DNA of 63,425 nt, filler included, from Candidatus Woesearchaeota archaeon (GCA_018399355.1; 4 parts of 4 records of this genome joined end to end with filler, not necessarily neighbours in it); one strand, 5' to 3'; shown: positions 28,490-38,274, numbered from the whole stretch's first letter. The notes: generated by a model from the letters alone, not told the origin. A program made the numbers and translations.

Positions 28490-28921
28490 GTGGTTAATAT
28501 AGCAAATAAAAAAATTCTATCTGAAGAGGCTGAGGCAATACTATCAGATGTTCATCCGCACCATCATTTTAAGATACATATGGGTGCAACAGTGAAAAAC
28601 CTTGAGGAACTTGCAGATGTTCTTGAAGTGATGGATGAAGAAACATTTAAGCATCATGTTACCAAAGAAAAAAATGACTTTCATAACTGGGTTAGGGATA
28701 TAATAACAGATACTGAGCTTGCCAAAAAGCTTCTTAATTCAAAAAAAAGAAAAGCTGCATCAGAACATGTAAGAAAAAGAGTGGAAGAGCTTATGAAATT
28801 AAGACAAGGAAAAACTTTAAGGGGGATTTCACATCTTATGACAAATGAGTTTTTTCTTGGAATGATGCTTGGAATATTGATAGGGCTGTTTATAGCTATG
28901 TTTACATCTTTTATTGCCTAA
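28490..28921 (+). CDS. DUF5752-like protein with C-terminal transmembrane anchor
   Basis: Paralogous FKHHVTKEKNDFHNWVRDI motif plus C-terminal hydrophobic helix FFLGMMLGILIGLFIAMF. Confidence 0.7.
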   Translation: MVNIANKKILSEEAEAILSDVHPHHHFKIHMGATVKNLEELADVLEVMDEETFKHHVTKEKNDFHNWVRDIITDTELAKKLLNSKKRKAASEHVRKRVEELMKLRQGKTLRGISHLMTNEFFLGMMLGILIGLFIAMFTSFIA

Positions 28922-28992
28922 ACAGAATCAATCATGTCTTTTATTTCATTAATTATGTGTTTGTTTCTTTTATGCAATTATAATTTTTAGAA

Positions 28993-30357
28993 CTATTTGG
29001 GTCTGATGTTTTGCATTCCCTTGCCGCCGCTGAAGCGCTTCATCATCTTTTCCATGTTTTTTGGATTTGAGCCCTTGAACATCTTGGCCATTTTCTTGCT
29101 CTGCTTGTACTGCTTTAAAAGCTCTCTAACCTCTTTTGCATTTGAGCCAGAGCCGCTTGCAATTCTATCAATTCTTGATGAGGTTATTATATCAGGGTCT
29201 TCAAGCTCTTCTTTTGACATTGATTCCATTATAAACTTCCATTTTTTTAATTTTCCTTCCTGAACTTTCAATGCATCTTTTGGAAGCTTTAATTGCGAGA
29301 ATCCAGGAATCATCTCTGTGATTTTGTTTAACGGTCCCATCTTGTTCATGGCCTGCATCTGTTCGTACAAATCAATAAGGTTAAACTCTCCCTTAAGAAA
29401 CCTTTTTCCTAAATCTTCAGCTTCTTCTTTTGATATTGCCTCTTCAGCTTTTTCTAATAATGCCTCCAAATCACCCATTCCTAATAATCTTGAGATAAAT
29501 CCTTCTGGCTTGAAAAGCTCTAAGTCATTTAGTTTTTCTCCTGTTCCAATAAATTTAATTTTTGCATCTGTTGCAGAACATGCTGTCAATGCTCCACCTG
29601 CCTTCGCAGTTCCGTCCATCTTTGTAACTATGACTCCTGTTATGCCGCATGAATCATTGAATGCCTGAGCTTGATTTTGAGCTGCCTGTCCTATATCCGC
29701 GCTTATAACCAGAAGGTTTTCCTGGGCTTTTATCTCATTGTTTATTTCTTTTATTTCTTTTATTAAATCATCGGATAATGCATCTCTTCCAGATGTGTCA
29801 AATATTATTAAATCAAATTTTTTGAATTCTTTTTCATAATCTTTTATTATCTTTAAAGGGTCTTTCTGCTTTTTGTCAATAAATACAGGAACCTTTGCTT
29901 GTTTTGCTACTTGTTCTATCTGATCCATTGCAGCTGGTCTGTGTGTATCTAATCCAACCAATGCAACCTTTTTTCCTCTTTTTGTGTAATAGTTTGCAAG
30001 CTTTCCGGCCTGAGTTGTTTTTCCAGATCCAAAAAGACCGACTAACATTATCTTTGTAGGCTTTTCCTTTATCTCTATCTTTCCCTCTTCCTTTCCAACA
30101 AAGTTTACCAACTCCTCATAAACTATCTTCACTAAATATTCTTTTTTTGTCAGGCCAGAAGGAGTTTCTTCTTTTAAGGCCCTTTCCTTTATCTTTTTAG
30201 TAAGCTCAAAAACCAGCTTTACATTAACATCTGCTTGCAATAATGCTCTTTGAATATCTTTTACAAGCTCATTGATTAGTTTTTCATCTACGAATATGGC
30301 CTTGGCTATCTTGCTTAATGTGTTCTTTAATGAGCTTCCCAGCTTGTCTAATACCAT
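28993..30357 (-). CDS. srp54: signal recognition particle protein SRP54
   Basis: ALLQADVNV, GLFGSGKTT, DTSGR, TKMDGTAKAGGA motifs and Met-rich M domain. Confidence 0.97.
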   Translation of the reverse strand: MVLDKLGSSLKNTLSKIAKAIFVDEKLINELVKDIQRALLQADVNVKLVFELTKKIKERALKEETPSGLTKKEYLVKIVYEELVNFVGKEEGKIEIKEKPTKIMLVGLFGSGKTTQAGKLANYYTKRGKKVALVGLDTHRPAAMDQIEQVAKQAKVPVFIDKKQKDPLKIIKDYEKEFKKFDLIIFDTSGRDALSDDLIKEIKEINNEIKAQENLLVISADIGQAAQNQAQAFNDSCGITGVIVTKMDGTAKAGGALTACSATDAKIKFIGTGEKLNDLELFKPEGFISRLLGMGDLEALLEKAEEAISKEEAEDLGKRFLKGEFNLIDLYEQMQAMNKMGPLNKITEMIPGFSQLKLPKDALKVQEGKLKKWKFIMESMSKEELEDPDIITSSRIDRIASGSGSNAKEVRELLKQYKQSKKMAKMFKGSNPKNMEKMMKRFSGGKGMQNIRPK

Positions 30358-30424
30358 TTTATATGTAAAAACCGCTTTTCATTTATAAAACTTTAGCAAA
30401 TTATGATTTAAGAATTTAAGGTGG

Positions 30425-31033
30425 TTATTTTATCTTTCCGACCAATGGTGAAAGCTCTTTTATTTCCTTGGGGCTGGGATCTTCCCGGTTTTCAAGCACA
30501 TCATACTCCATTACACCTATTCCATGATGCAGATTATATGAAGCAGCAAATATTTTAAGCGATTCATTAAAAGAGTCTCTTATTATTTCATAAAACTTAC
30601 GGTAGTCAAGTTTAGCAGATTTATTGTCCCTGTACATTTCATTTAACTGCCTGTTTCTTTCAACTAGATTATTATGCTCTTCCACATTTTCATTTAATTT
30701 TGAGAAATATCCTGCTGCATGCTCTGGAGTCACAGAGTATATTTTAATATCTCTGAATTTTTTCTTATTTGGATCTATTATTGGGGTAAGTCTTTTTTCA
30801 AAATCATTATAATAGAAACCATTCTCAACTTTGTCTATAGGCACATCTTTGTATTCAGTTAATTTTTCTTCACTTATATCAAAATTTTCTAAGAGAGTAT
30901 TTATTCTTATTATATTCTCCCTAGATTTATCCATCAATTCTTGTTTTATTTTATCAGAGATATCTTTCAAACAACAATTTTCATATGTTGATTCTAAAAA
31001 ATTTTTCTGTTTTACAGTCAGCTCAAATACCAT
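30425..31033 (-). CDS. hypothetical protein
   Basis: Long ORF with no recognised motif; ATG at 31033 is preceded by AGGCGG. Confidence 0.6.
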   Translation of the reverse strand: MVFELTVKQKNFLESTYENCCLKDISDKIKQELMDKSRENIIRINTLLENFDISEEKLTEYKDVPIDKVENGFYYNDFEKRLTPIIDPNKKKFRDIKIYSVTPEHAAGYFSKLNENVEEHNNLVERNRQLNEMYRDNKSAKLDYRKFYEIIRDSFNESLKIFAASYNLHHGIGVMEYDVLENREDPSPKEIKELSPLVGKIK

Positions 31034-31145
31034 TTGCTTTAACCGCCTTAATATAGTTAGGACTACGTAGTAGATAACTTTTTTATAAAGCTTTTGGTTT
31101 GAAAAATCCACTATGTTTATATATTAATTCTTTATAGATTATATT

Positions 31146-31627
31146 ATGGATAAAATAATCAAATTAAATAGAAGGCATGTAAAAGAGATTGCCCAGATTG
31201 ACTTTGAATCAGAACATCAAAATTCATCAAAAGTGTTCAATAAGAATCAACTATTAAATAATATTAAAGAACGTTTTGATAAAGGACATGAAATATTTTT
31301 TGGTTATAAAAAGGATAATGAATTAGTGGCATATGTGACACTAAAGCCATTTTTCCCGGGCACAAACACTGTGAGGTTTATTGGCTTGCAGTAAAAAAGG
31401 ATCTTCAAGGAAAAGGAATTGGAACCAAACTAATGAAATTTATTGAGGATTATTCAAAAAAAGAGGGTTTTAGAAAAGTCTGCTTATACACCGGAAAGAA
31501 TATGAAAAAAACAAGAAAATTTTATGAAAAGATTGGATACAAATTAATAAATGAATTTCCAGGATACTATGGCTATCCAACAGGAAATACTACTGCTGTT
31601 TTATATTGTAAAAAAATTAAAAAATAA
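31146..31627 (+). pseudogene. GNAT N-acetyltransferase split by a -1 frameshift at about 31355-31361
   Basis: Frame 1 ends ...LKPFFPG; the -1 frame continues HKHCEVYWLAVKKDLQGKGIGTKLM...KFYEKIGY (GNAT motifs A and B). The merged product would be about 160 aa. Confidence 0.8.
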
Positions 31628-33527
31628 TTTTATCTGATTTCTGTTTTACTGCTGTTTTTATCTTATCTATTAAATCAGCTGTTTTTATGCCAAAGTGGAG
31701 CTTTCCATCCAATGTTCTTACAGCAACAGCATCGTTTTCCTTTTCCTTATCTCCCACAGTAAGGATTATTGGAATTTTCTTTAACTGCGCTTCTCTGACT
31801 TTCTTTGGCATTGTCTCTCCCCTGAAGTCTGTTTCAACTCTGATATTGTTTTTTTCCAGCTCCTGCTTTACTTTTTCTCCATAAGGAATATGGCTGTCGT
31901 TTATGTTAAGTATTGTAACCTGGGTTGGAGATAACCATAATGGGAACTTTCCAGCATAGTGCTCTATCAGTATTCCCATAAACCTCTCTATTGAGCCGTA
32001 AATGGTCCTGTGTATCATGATTGGACGGTGCTTTTTTCCATCGCTTCCTTCATAGGTTAAATCAAATTTTTCCGGCATTGCAAAATCAAGCTGTATTGTT
32101 CCGCACTGCCATGTTCTTCCCAGGCAATCCTTTAGGTGGAAGTCTATCTTTGGTCCGTAAAATGCTCCATCTCCTTCATTAATCTTGTACTTTATTTTCT
32201 TTGCATCAAGAGCATCTTTTAAACCATCAGTTGCCTTTTCCCATGCCTCATCAGAGCCCATTGAGTTTTCTGGCCTTGTGCTTAACTCTATGTTGTACTC
32301 AAATCCGAATAAATCATAGAACTTTTCTGCAAGATTTATAACTCCAATTATTTCATCCTTTATCTGCTCTTCTGTCATGTAGATGTGGGCGTCATCTTGC
32401 GTAAAGCACCTAACCCTAAATAATCCTGCAAGCACTCCTGAAAGCTCGTGCCTGTGTACTATTCCCATCTCACCCATCCTTAATGGAAGGTCTCTGTAGG
32501 ATTTTATTCCTTCTTTGTAGACTATTATTCCGCCAGGGCAGTTCATCGGCTTTATCGCATAGTCATCTTCATCTATTTTTGTGAAGTACATGTTTTCCTT
32601 ATAATGGTCCCAGTGGCCGCTCTGCTCCCATAATTTACGGTTTAATATCATAGGAGTTATTATCTCTTTATACCTTGCCTTTGAATGCTCATCTCTCCAA
32701 AAGCTTTGAAGCTTTCTGAATATGAAAGCTCCTTTTGGATGGAAGAATGGAAATCCAGGGCCTTCATCGTGCATGCTAAATAAGTCAAGCTCTTTTCCTA
32801 GTTTACGATGATCTCTCTTTTCAGCTTCCTCTAATAACTTAAGATAGCTTTTCAGCTGTTTTTCGTCTGGGAATGCAACTCCATAAATTCTTTGCAGTTG
32901 CTTGTTCTTTGCATCTCCTCTCCAGTAAGCCCCTGCAAGCTTTGTTAATTTGAATGCTTTTAACTTTCCTGTGGATAAAACATGAGGGCCGCGGCAGAAA
33001 TCTGCAAAATTACCCTGTCTGTATATGCTTATCTTCTCATCTTCTAGTTCGTTGATTATCTCTTTCTTGTAAGGATTGTCTTTGAAAAGCTCTAATGCCT
33101 CGTCTTTTGATATTTCCTGTCTTTCGAGCTTTATGTCTTCATCAACTATCTTCTTCATTTCCTTTTCTATTTTTTCAAGCTCTTCTGGCGTTAGCTTTTT
33201 ATCTAAGTCAATATCATAGTAAAAGCCTTCGTCTACAGCCGGGCCGATGGCAAACTTAACATCAGGATAAAGGTTTTTTATTGCCTGGGCCATTAGATGT
33301 GATGCAGAATGCCTGAAGATTTCCTTCCCTTCCTTGTCATTAAAGGTTATTATCTTTAGGTTAGAATCTTTGTTTATCTTTTTGTTTAAGTCAACTAACT
33401 CATTATCGACCTTTGCAGCTATTGCATCTTGTGCAAGTTTTTTTCCTATTTTTTCAGCTATTTCAATAGGAGTTATGCCTTCTTTGTATTCTTGTGATGA
33501 ATTATCTGGAAATTTTATTTTTATCAT
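31617..33527 (-). CDS. thrS: threonine--tRNA ligase (bacterial-type, with TGS and editing domains)
   Basis: HSASHLMAQA, DFCRGPHV, GAYWRGD, RDHRKLG, KPMNCP and FYGPKID motifs. Confidence 0.98.
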   Translation of the reverse strand: MIKIKFPDNSSQEYKEGITPIEIAEKIGKKLAQDAIAAKVDNELVDLNKKINKDSNLKIITFNDKEGKEIFRHSASHLMAQAIKNLYPDVKFAIGPAVDEGFYYDIDLDKKLTPEELEKIEKEMKKIVDEDIKLERQEISKDEALELFKDNPYKKEIINELEDEKISIYRQGNFADFCRGPHVLSTGKLKAFKLTKLAGAYWRGDAKNKQLQRIYGVAFPDEKQLKSYLKLLEEAEKRDHRKLGKELDLFSMHDEGPGFPFFHPKGAFIFRKLQSFWRDEHSKARYKEIITPMILNRKLWEQSGHWDHYKENMYFTKIDEDDYAIKPMNCPGGIIVYKEGIKSYRDLPLRMGEMGIVHRHELSGVLAGLFRVRCFTQDDAHIYMTEEQIKDEIIGVINLAEKFYDLFGFEYNIELSTRPENSMGSDEAWEKATDGLKDALDAKKIKYKINEGDGAFYGPKIDFHLKDCLGRTWQCGTIQLDFAMPEKFDLTYEGSDGKKHRPIMIHRTIYGSIERFMGILIEHYAGKFPLWLSPTQVTILNINDSHIPYGEKVKQELEKNNIRVETDFRGETMPKKVREAQLKKIPIILTVGDKEKENDAVAVRTLDGKLHFGIKTADLIDKIKTAVKQKSDKIIF

Positions 33528-33748
33528 TTTTTCCTCCGTAATTATGAATTTATTAATAAAACAATAAGATAGTATTTAAGTTTTTGCGTAATTTTGAATA
33601 GTTTTATTTCGGCCTCAGAGGCCTGTAGAAAGCAGGAATATGTCTAGAAAGAACTCGTTCATTAATTTATTTGACTTTAATTGGTTCATATTAGTATATC
33701 CCATACGATATTATTTAAATGTTTCGATGATATTTGCATATATTTTTT

Positions 33749-33901
33749 CTAGCCGAAAAGAATTGAACCACTATGGGTGTTGGCCTCATTGATAATCCTG
33801 AATAAAAAATATAATCCATAGGTAAGAACAATTATTGAAAGTATAAGGATAACAATAAAGTTTATTGAAAGCTCAAATCCTCTTTTGTTCATGTTTTTCA
33901 T
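33749..33901 (-). CDS. 50-aa class III signal peptide (type IV pilin-like) mini-protein; not in the ORF track
   Basis: Manual translation MKNMNKRG/FELSINFIVILILSIIVLTYGLYFLFRIINEANTHSGSILFG; TATA-like sequence upstream. Confidence 0.6.
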   Translation of the reverse strand: MKNMNKRGFELSINFIVILILSIIVLTYGLYFLFRIINEANTHSGSILFG

Positions 33902-34255
33902 TTTTTTCCAGATTATTTAAATTTTTTTATTTTATTTAGATTATTAAAGAATCGCAAAAAACTCTTAGTTGCTTTGTATTTTTAATGAGATCTTTTGTGG
34001 GAAACGAGGAGTTTAAAGATTCAGCTGTAAGGAGTGAGAGTTTGCAGGACAGGATTCTAAATCTAGGAATATTAATTACTTGATATAAAACCCAGAAAAT
34101 GATTATTTTTTTCTGCAATCAATTTATTATCCTTTAACTTTTTAAGATATTTAATTTAAAAATTTTATATAAGGTCATATGAAGAATTAATTTTAATTAA
34201 CTTTATAGTAGTAATAAACGAAAAATTTAAATATGGGCTCTTTCTTTGTTTTTAT

Positions 34256-35011
34256 ATGATAGAATTAAACCATCATTCAGCATCAATACTGCCATATCAT
34301 CTTGACCTAGAGGATAGACTTAACTTTGTTCTTGAAAGAAAGAGTCCCGACTACAAAAAGCCTTTTTTTGACAACGCACTTAACTTTTTTGGGGGTAATT
34401 GGGAGAAGGGAAAATACAATGAAAAATCCCCTGAAGAAACAGTTTCAAGAGAAATCAAGGAAGAATTCTGGATTTCATACGAAGCATAGGAATCCTTAAA
34501 CGAACTTTTAAATACAAGCTTTCTTGAAAATGAATCAGAGGGAAACATAAACATAAATCATAACTCTGTAGAAAAAATAAAACCAATAGCAAATTATATT
34601 CTGAATAACTCAAATCATGCTGCAGATTACTTAGTAGAAATAAAACAGCCAGTAGCAGATTTAGCTTATGGCTCAACCGTTTTCATTAAAAAACTTGATA
34701 ACTCAGAATTCAATGAAATAAAAAGGCTAATTGGTGAATTTGATGGAAAGCTGACTACAGATAATTTTAAGAGAGGGGGAAAAACAGAAATCATAAGTTT
34801 AGATGAAATCAACAATGAAAATTCTAAGTTTGCATGGGGCTATGACCTTGTTATCAATGATATGCTAAAACAAGGAATTCTGCCTGAACAAAAAATAGGA
34901 ATAATCAGGCCCCTCAAGGATATAATCTCTATAAAAAGAATAAATACAACAGGCAACCCAACTTACAACCTATTTGAGAACTTAGGCCATTCATATAAAG
35001 AAAAAAAGTAA
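34256..35011 (+). pseudogene. Nudix-family hydrolase interrupted by an in-frame TAG (34487-34489)
   Basis: Nudix box GGNWEKG...SPEETVSREIKEE; the frame stays open for 173 more codons after the TAG, up to TAA at 35009-35011. Confidence 0.75.
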
Positions 35012-35107
35012 TTCAACCATTCTCTTTAAAGTTTTTTCTTAAATTTATGAAATATCTTCAAATAACACAAACTTTAAAAATAAGTTATACAACTATAGAT
35101 TAGAGGT

Positions 35108-36184
35108 GTGAAGTTGGAAGGTTCTGATTGTATTGACTGGCTTAAAAAAAAGGACTTGCTAGACATTTGCAAAGAGAATTCTTCAAAATTAAAGGTTGTA
35201 TTCAATGACTGCCTTAATGCAAAAAACGAGAGCATACTCATAATTGGTGACATAGGTTACAATAGAAAGCATCTTGCAGCAGTATTATCCGGAACATATT
35301 ATTTTGCAGCAAAAAAACTTGGCTTTAAGCCAAGATTATTCTTTCAGGTTCCAAAGATAAGAGGAGACTTGGCAGACAAAAGCATAGTTGATGCAATAGA
35401 TTTTCTTGGTGAAAGAAGCATAGTTATATCATGCGTTTCAGACAGGATAGGCTCATTAAGGGGAAGAATTAAAGGTTACAGGAAGTACTGCGAGAAAAAA
35501 GGAATGAAGTTTGTGACAACTCCTAGTTTAGGCTATGTTGAAACAAGCCACATAAACTGCCTTATAAATACATTAAGCATAAATTATCCTGAAGTACAAA
35601 AAAACCACAAAAAAGTAAAATCAATATTAGAAAGAGGAAGAGAGCTTCACATAAGAACAACAGCAGGAACTAATTTGCACATGAAGATAGATGCGAAAAA
35701 TATAAGCTCATCAGACGGCAATTATACAAAATATGGCACAGGGGGAAATCTTCCTGCTGGAGAGGTTTTCTTTCCCCCAGTAAAAAAATCAGTTCAGGGA
35801 ATCCTTGTTGTTGACGGCAGCTCCAGAACAAGAAATGGAACAGAACTGATAAAAAATCCTATTAAAATAAGAATAGAAAAAGGCGATGTTGTTGATATAC
35901 AAGGAGGCAGGGAAGCACAACTTTTAAGAGAAACTCTTTCATGGGCCGAAAGAAACGCCCAATATCCATGGGGAATAAGAAAAGTGTGTGAGTTAGGCAT
36001 TGGATTAAACCCAAAAGCAAAAATTATAGGCTCAACTATAATAGATGAGAAATCCCTTGGGACTGCGCATATAGCATTCGGCTCAAACAACTGGTTCGGC
36101 GGCTCAATTTATGCTATGACCCACCTTGACCAAGTGTTTAGAAATCCAAAGATAACAGTTGACGGAAGAATTCTAAGCATTTAA
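35108..36184 (+). CDS. aminopeptidase (peptidase M29-like thermophilic metalloprotease)
   Basis: GNLPAGEVF, GILVVDGS, ELGIGLNPKA..IIDEK.LGTAHIAFGSN and HLD motifs. Confidence 0.85.
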   Translation: MKLEGSDCIDWLKKKDLLDICKENSSKLKVVFNDCLNAKNESILIIGDIGYNRKHLAAVLSGTYYFAAKKLGFKPRLFFQVPKIRGDLADKSIVDAIDFLGERSIVISCVSDRIGSLRGRIKGYRKYCEKKGMKFVTTPSLGYVETSHINCLINTLSINYPEVQKNHKKVKSILERGRELHIRTTAGTNLHMKIDAKNISSSDGNYTKYGTGGNLPAGEVFFPPVKKSVQGILVVDGSSRTRNGTELIKNPIKIRIEKGDVVDIQGGREAQLLRETLSWAERNAQYPWGIRKVCELGIGLNPKAKIIGSTIIDEKSLGTAHIAFGSNNWFGGSIYAMTHLDQVFRNPKITVDGRILSI

Positions 36185-36906
36185 TTATGCAGCTTTTTTG
36201 TCTTTGATTGCATAATCTTTAAACTGTTCTTTAAGCCTTTTGTTTTCAGTGTACCCACTGTAAAGAGCTGCTACATCTTGCGGTCCTTTTATCTTGTCAG
36301 AGTCCAATTTAAATTCTTTAAGCTTTTCTAAAAGGTCTCCTTTTAATCCTTCATAATTTTTTCCTTCCACATCATGAAAACTGTAATTAAGAAGTCTTCC
36401 ACTTAGGTTTTGGGTACTCTTTTTTTTGAAATTCTCAAGTGCTTCTGGGTTTAAACTTCCCAGGCTATCAATTTCTTGACGTGATACTCCTGCTTGTGTA
36501 GCATACATATCTTCAAGCGCTCCACTTGCATAAACATTTTTTCCTTTAAGGCCAAGAAAATCAAGATATGAATTTTTGTTTGATTTAAATATTTCTTTTC
36601 CAAGCTCTCTCTTTTCTTTATCGCTTAACTGGCTTGGTTTTTTATCACCTAATTTTTTGTAAAACTCCTTGCTACCCATCAGTCCATAATCCATATTAAA
36701 ATTTTCTATTTGTTTTCTTCTTTTATCAAGGTCTTCAATGCTGAGAACCTTTTCCTCTACTCCTCCTATGAGCATTATTCCGGCAAGCCATACAAGGAAA
36801 AACCCAAACAAAAAGCCTGATTCATTGTCAAGAACCCTGGAATCCGCCCCTATCACAGTGCCTGTTACGCCTGCATTTGGCCCAAGAATAAACAAAACGC
36901 CCAATA
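36185..36906 (-). CDS. hypothetical membrane-anchored protein (5' truncated by contig end)
   Basis: Open frame runs into the gap; N-terminal hydrophobic segments (VTGTVIG; FLFGFFLVWLAGIML). Confidence 0.6.
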
Positions 36907-37006
36907 NNNNNNNNNNNNNNNNNNNNNNNNNNNNNNNNNNNNNNNNNNNNTTAATTAATTAANNNNNNNNNNNNNNNNNNNNNNNNNNNNNNNNNNNNNN
37001 NNNNNN
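36907..37006. other. artificial contig linker
   Basis: N44-TTAATTAATTAA-N44. Confidence 0.99.
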
Positions 37007-37069
37007 TTCTCCTACAAGACCCCTCATGACCCCATCGGGCTTTATCAAGACAAGCGTTCTTTCGATCAT
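37007..37069 (-). CDS. ndk: nucleoside diphosphate kinase, N-terminal fragment (truncated by contig end)
   Basis: Manual translation MIERTLVLIKPDGVMRGLVGE; conserved position after L24e. Confidence 0.9.
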
Positions 37070-37257
37070 TTTTTACCTCTTTCTTTGACTTCCTCATATT
37101 CTTTTGTCCATCTTGTTGTTCTTGACTTTCTTTTCAGCTTAAGCATGTTTTTTTCGCACTTTGAAGAGCAGAAATGCAATAATTTTCCTGTCTTAAGTAC
37201 ATATATCTTGCCTGTTCCCTTTTCAATTGTTTCTTTGCAAAAACTGCACTTTACCAT
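37066..37257 (-). CDS. rpl24e: 50S ribosomal protein L24e
   Basis: CSFC...IEKGTG..YV...G....FCSSKCEKN...WT. Confidence 0.96.
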   Translation of the reverse strand: MVKCSFCKETIEKGTGKIYVLKTGKLLHFCSSKCEKNMLKLKRKSRTTRWTKEYEEVKERGKK

Positions 37258-37262
37258 TTAAA

Positions 37263-37532
37263 TCATCTCCTGCCCTGAGTTAATTTCCTTGCCTCAATCT
37301 CTGTTTCTCTCAGCATTAGTATATCTCCAACTCTTACAGGCCCCATTACATTTCTTCTAAGGATCTTGTTTGAATCTCTTCCCTCAAGGACTTTGCATCT
37401 GACTTGAATTGCTTCTCCCCTTGTGCCTGTCCTGTCTATTATTTCTTCAACCTTGGCTGGAAAAGCATAAGAGAAATTAACTCCCTGTTTCTTTGCTTCT
37501 TCTTTTTTTGTTTGCGGTTTTTCAGGTCTCAT
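37263..37532 (-). CDS. rps28e: 30S ribosomal protein S28e (N-terminally extended)
   Basis: [38 protein letters not shown]. Confidence 0.96.
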   Translation of the reverse strand: MRPEKPQTKKEEAKKQGVNFSYAFPAKVEEIIDRTGTRGEAIQVRCKVLEGRDSNKILRRNVMGPVRVGDILMLRETEIEARKLTQGRR

Positions 37533-37542
37533 CTATGGTCAC

Positions 37543-37890
37543 CTAAGACTGCTCTGAAAGCTTTTTTGTTATTTCCTTTAATGTGTTTTTTGCTTCTCCT
37601 TCATCAACTATTGCAATGCTTGCTGTTCCAACAGCAATTCCTGCAGCTGCGCCAAGCTCTTCCTTGCTTGGAACCTCAACACATGGAATACCTTTTTCTT
37701 TGGATAGTATAGGAAGGTGCATGGTTATTTCAGGCGGATTAGTGTTCTTCGCAACCACAACAAGCTTTGCTGTTCCTTTTTCAGCGGCTTTTGTTACCTC
37801 GTTGCTTCCTTTTTTTATCTTTCCAGTTGCTTTTGCAACCTCTATTGCCTCATAAACCTTTTCTATTAGTTCTTTTGATGCCTCAGCCAT
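37543..37890 (-). CDS. rpl7ae: 50S ribosomal protein L7Ae
   Basis: GKIKKGSNEVTKAAEKG, PPEITMHLP, SKEELGAAAG. Confidence 0.97.
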   Translation of the reverse strand: MAEASKELIEKVYEAIEVAKATGKIKKGSNEVTKAAEKGTAKLVVVAKNTNPPEITMHLPILSKEKGIPCVEVPSKEELGAAAGIAVGTASIAIVDEGEAKNTLKEITKKLSEQS

Positions 37891-38122
37891 TTTTATTCCT
37901 CCTGATTTATTTTCAAGGATAACAAATTCAAGAATTTGCTTACCTCATTCAAACTGCATAGCAGTTATCATTAATCATCGATTTTTAAGGGAAGATTGAG
38001 TTTATTTATAAAGTTTATGGTATGAATTTGCTGTTTTTAGCTGAAAAAATACAAAAATTTATATATAGAACTAGGATTTAACATATATATTATCAAAAAA
38101 TTGATAGTTGGAGGATGAAAAA

Positions 38123-38269
38123 ATGGCAGAAGGAAGATGCATGAAATGCAAAAAACAGGTTGAGATAAAGAATGCTCAAGAAGTAGTAATGAAGAATGGT
38201 ATGAAGGCAGTAAAGGGAGAGTGCCCTCACTGCGGAACAAAGGTCTTCAGAATTCTTGGAAAAGCTTAA
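38123..38269 (+). CDS. DUF5679-like zinc-ribbon mini-protein (48 aa); not in the ORF track
   Basis: Manual translation MAEGRCMKCKKQVEIKNAQEVVMKNGMKAVKGECPHCGTKVFRILGKA; GGAGG ribosome-binding site upstream. Confidence 0.85.
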   Translation: MAEGRCMKCKKQVEIKNAQEVVMKNGMKAVKGECPHCGTKVFRILGKA

Positions 38270-38274
38270 TTTTT

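Noticed and set aside
33615..34118. 29-aa and 60-aa minus-strand ORFs, or a possible ncRNA, flanking the mini-pilin gene
   Set aside because: No motif, clear ribosome-binding site or convincing secondary structure to support them
34487..34489. Genome-wide TAG reassignment
   Set aside because: TAG ends conserved genes at expected positions (srp54, pfkB-family kinase, prepilin peptidase), and no other gene in the window has an internal TAG
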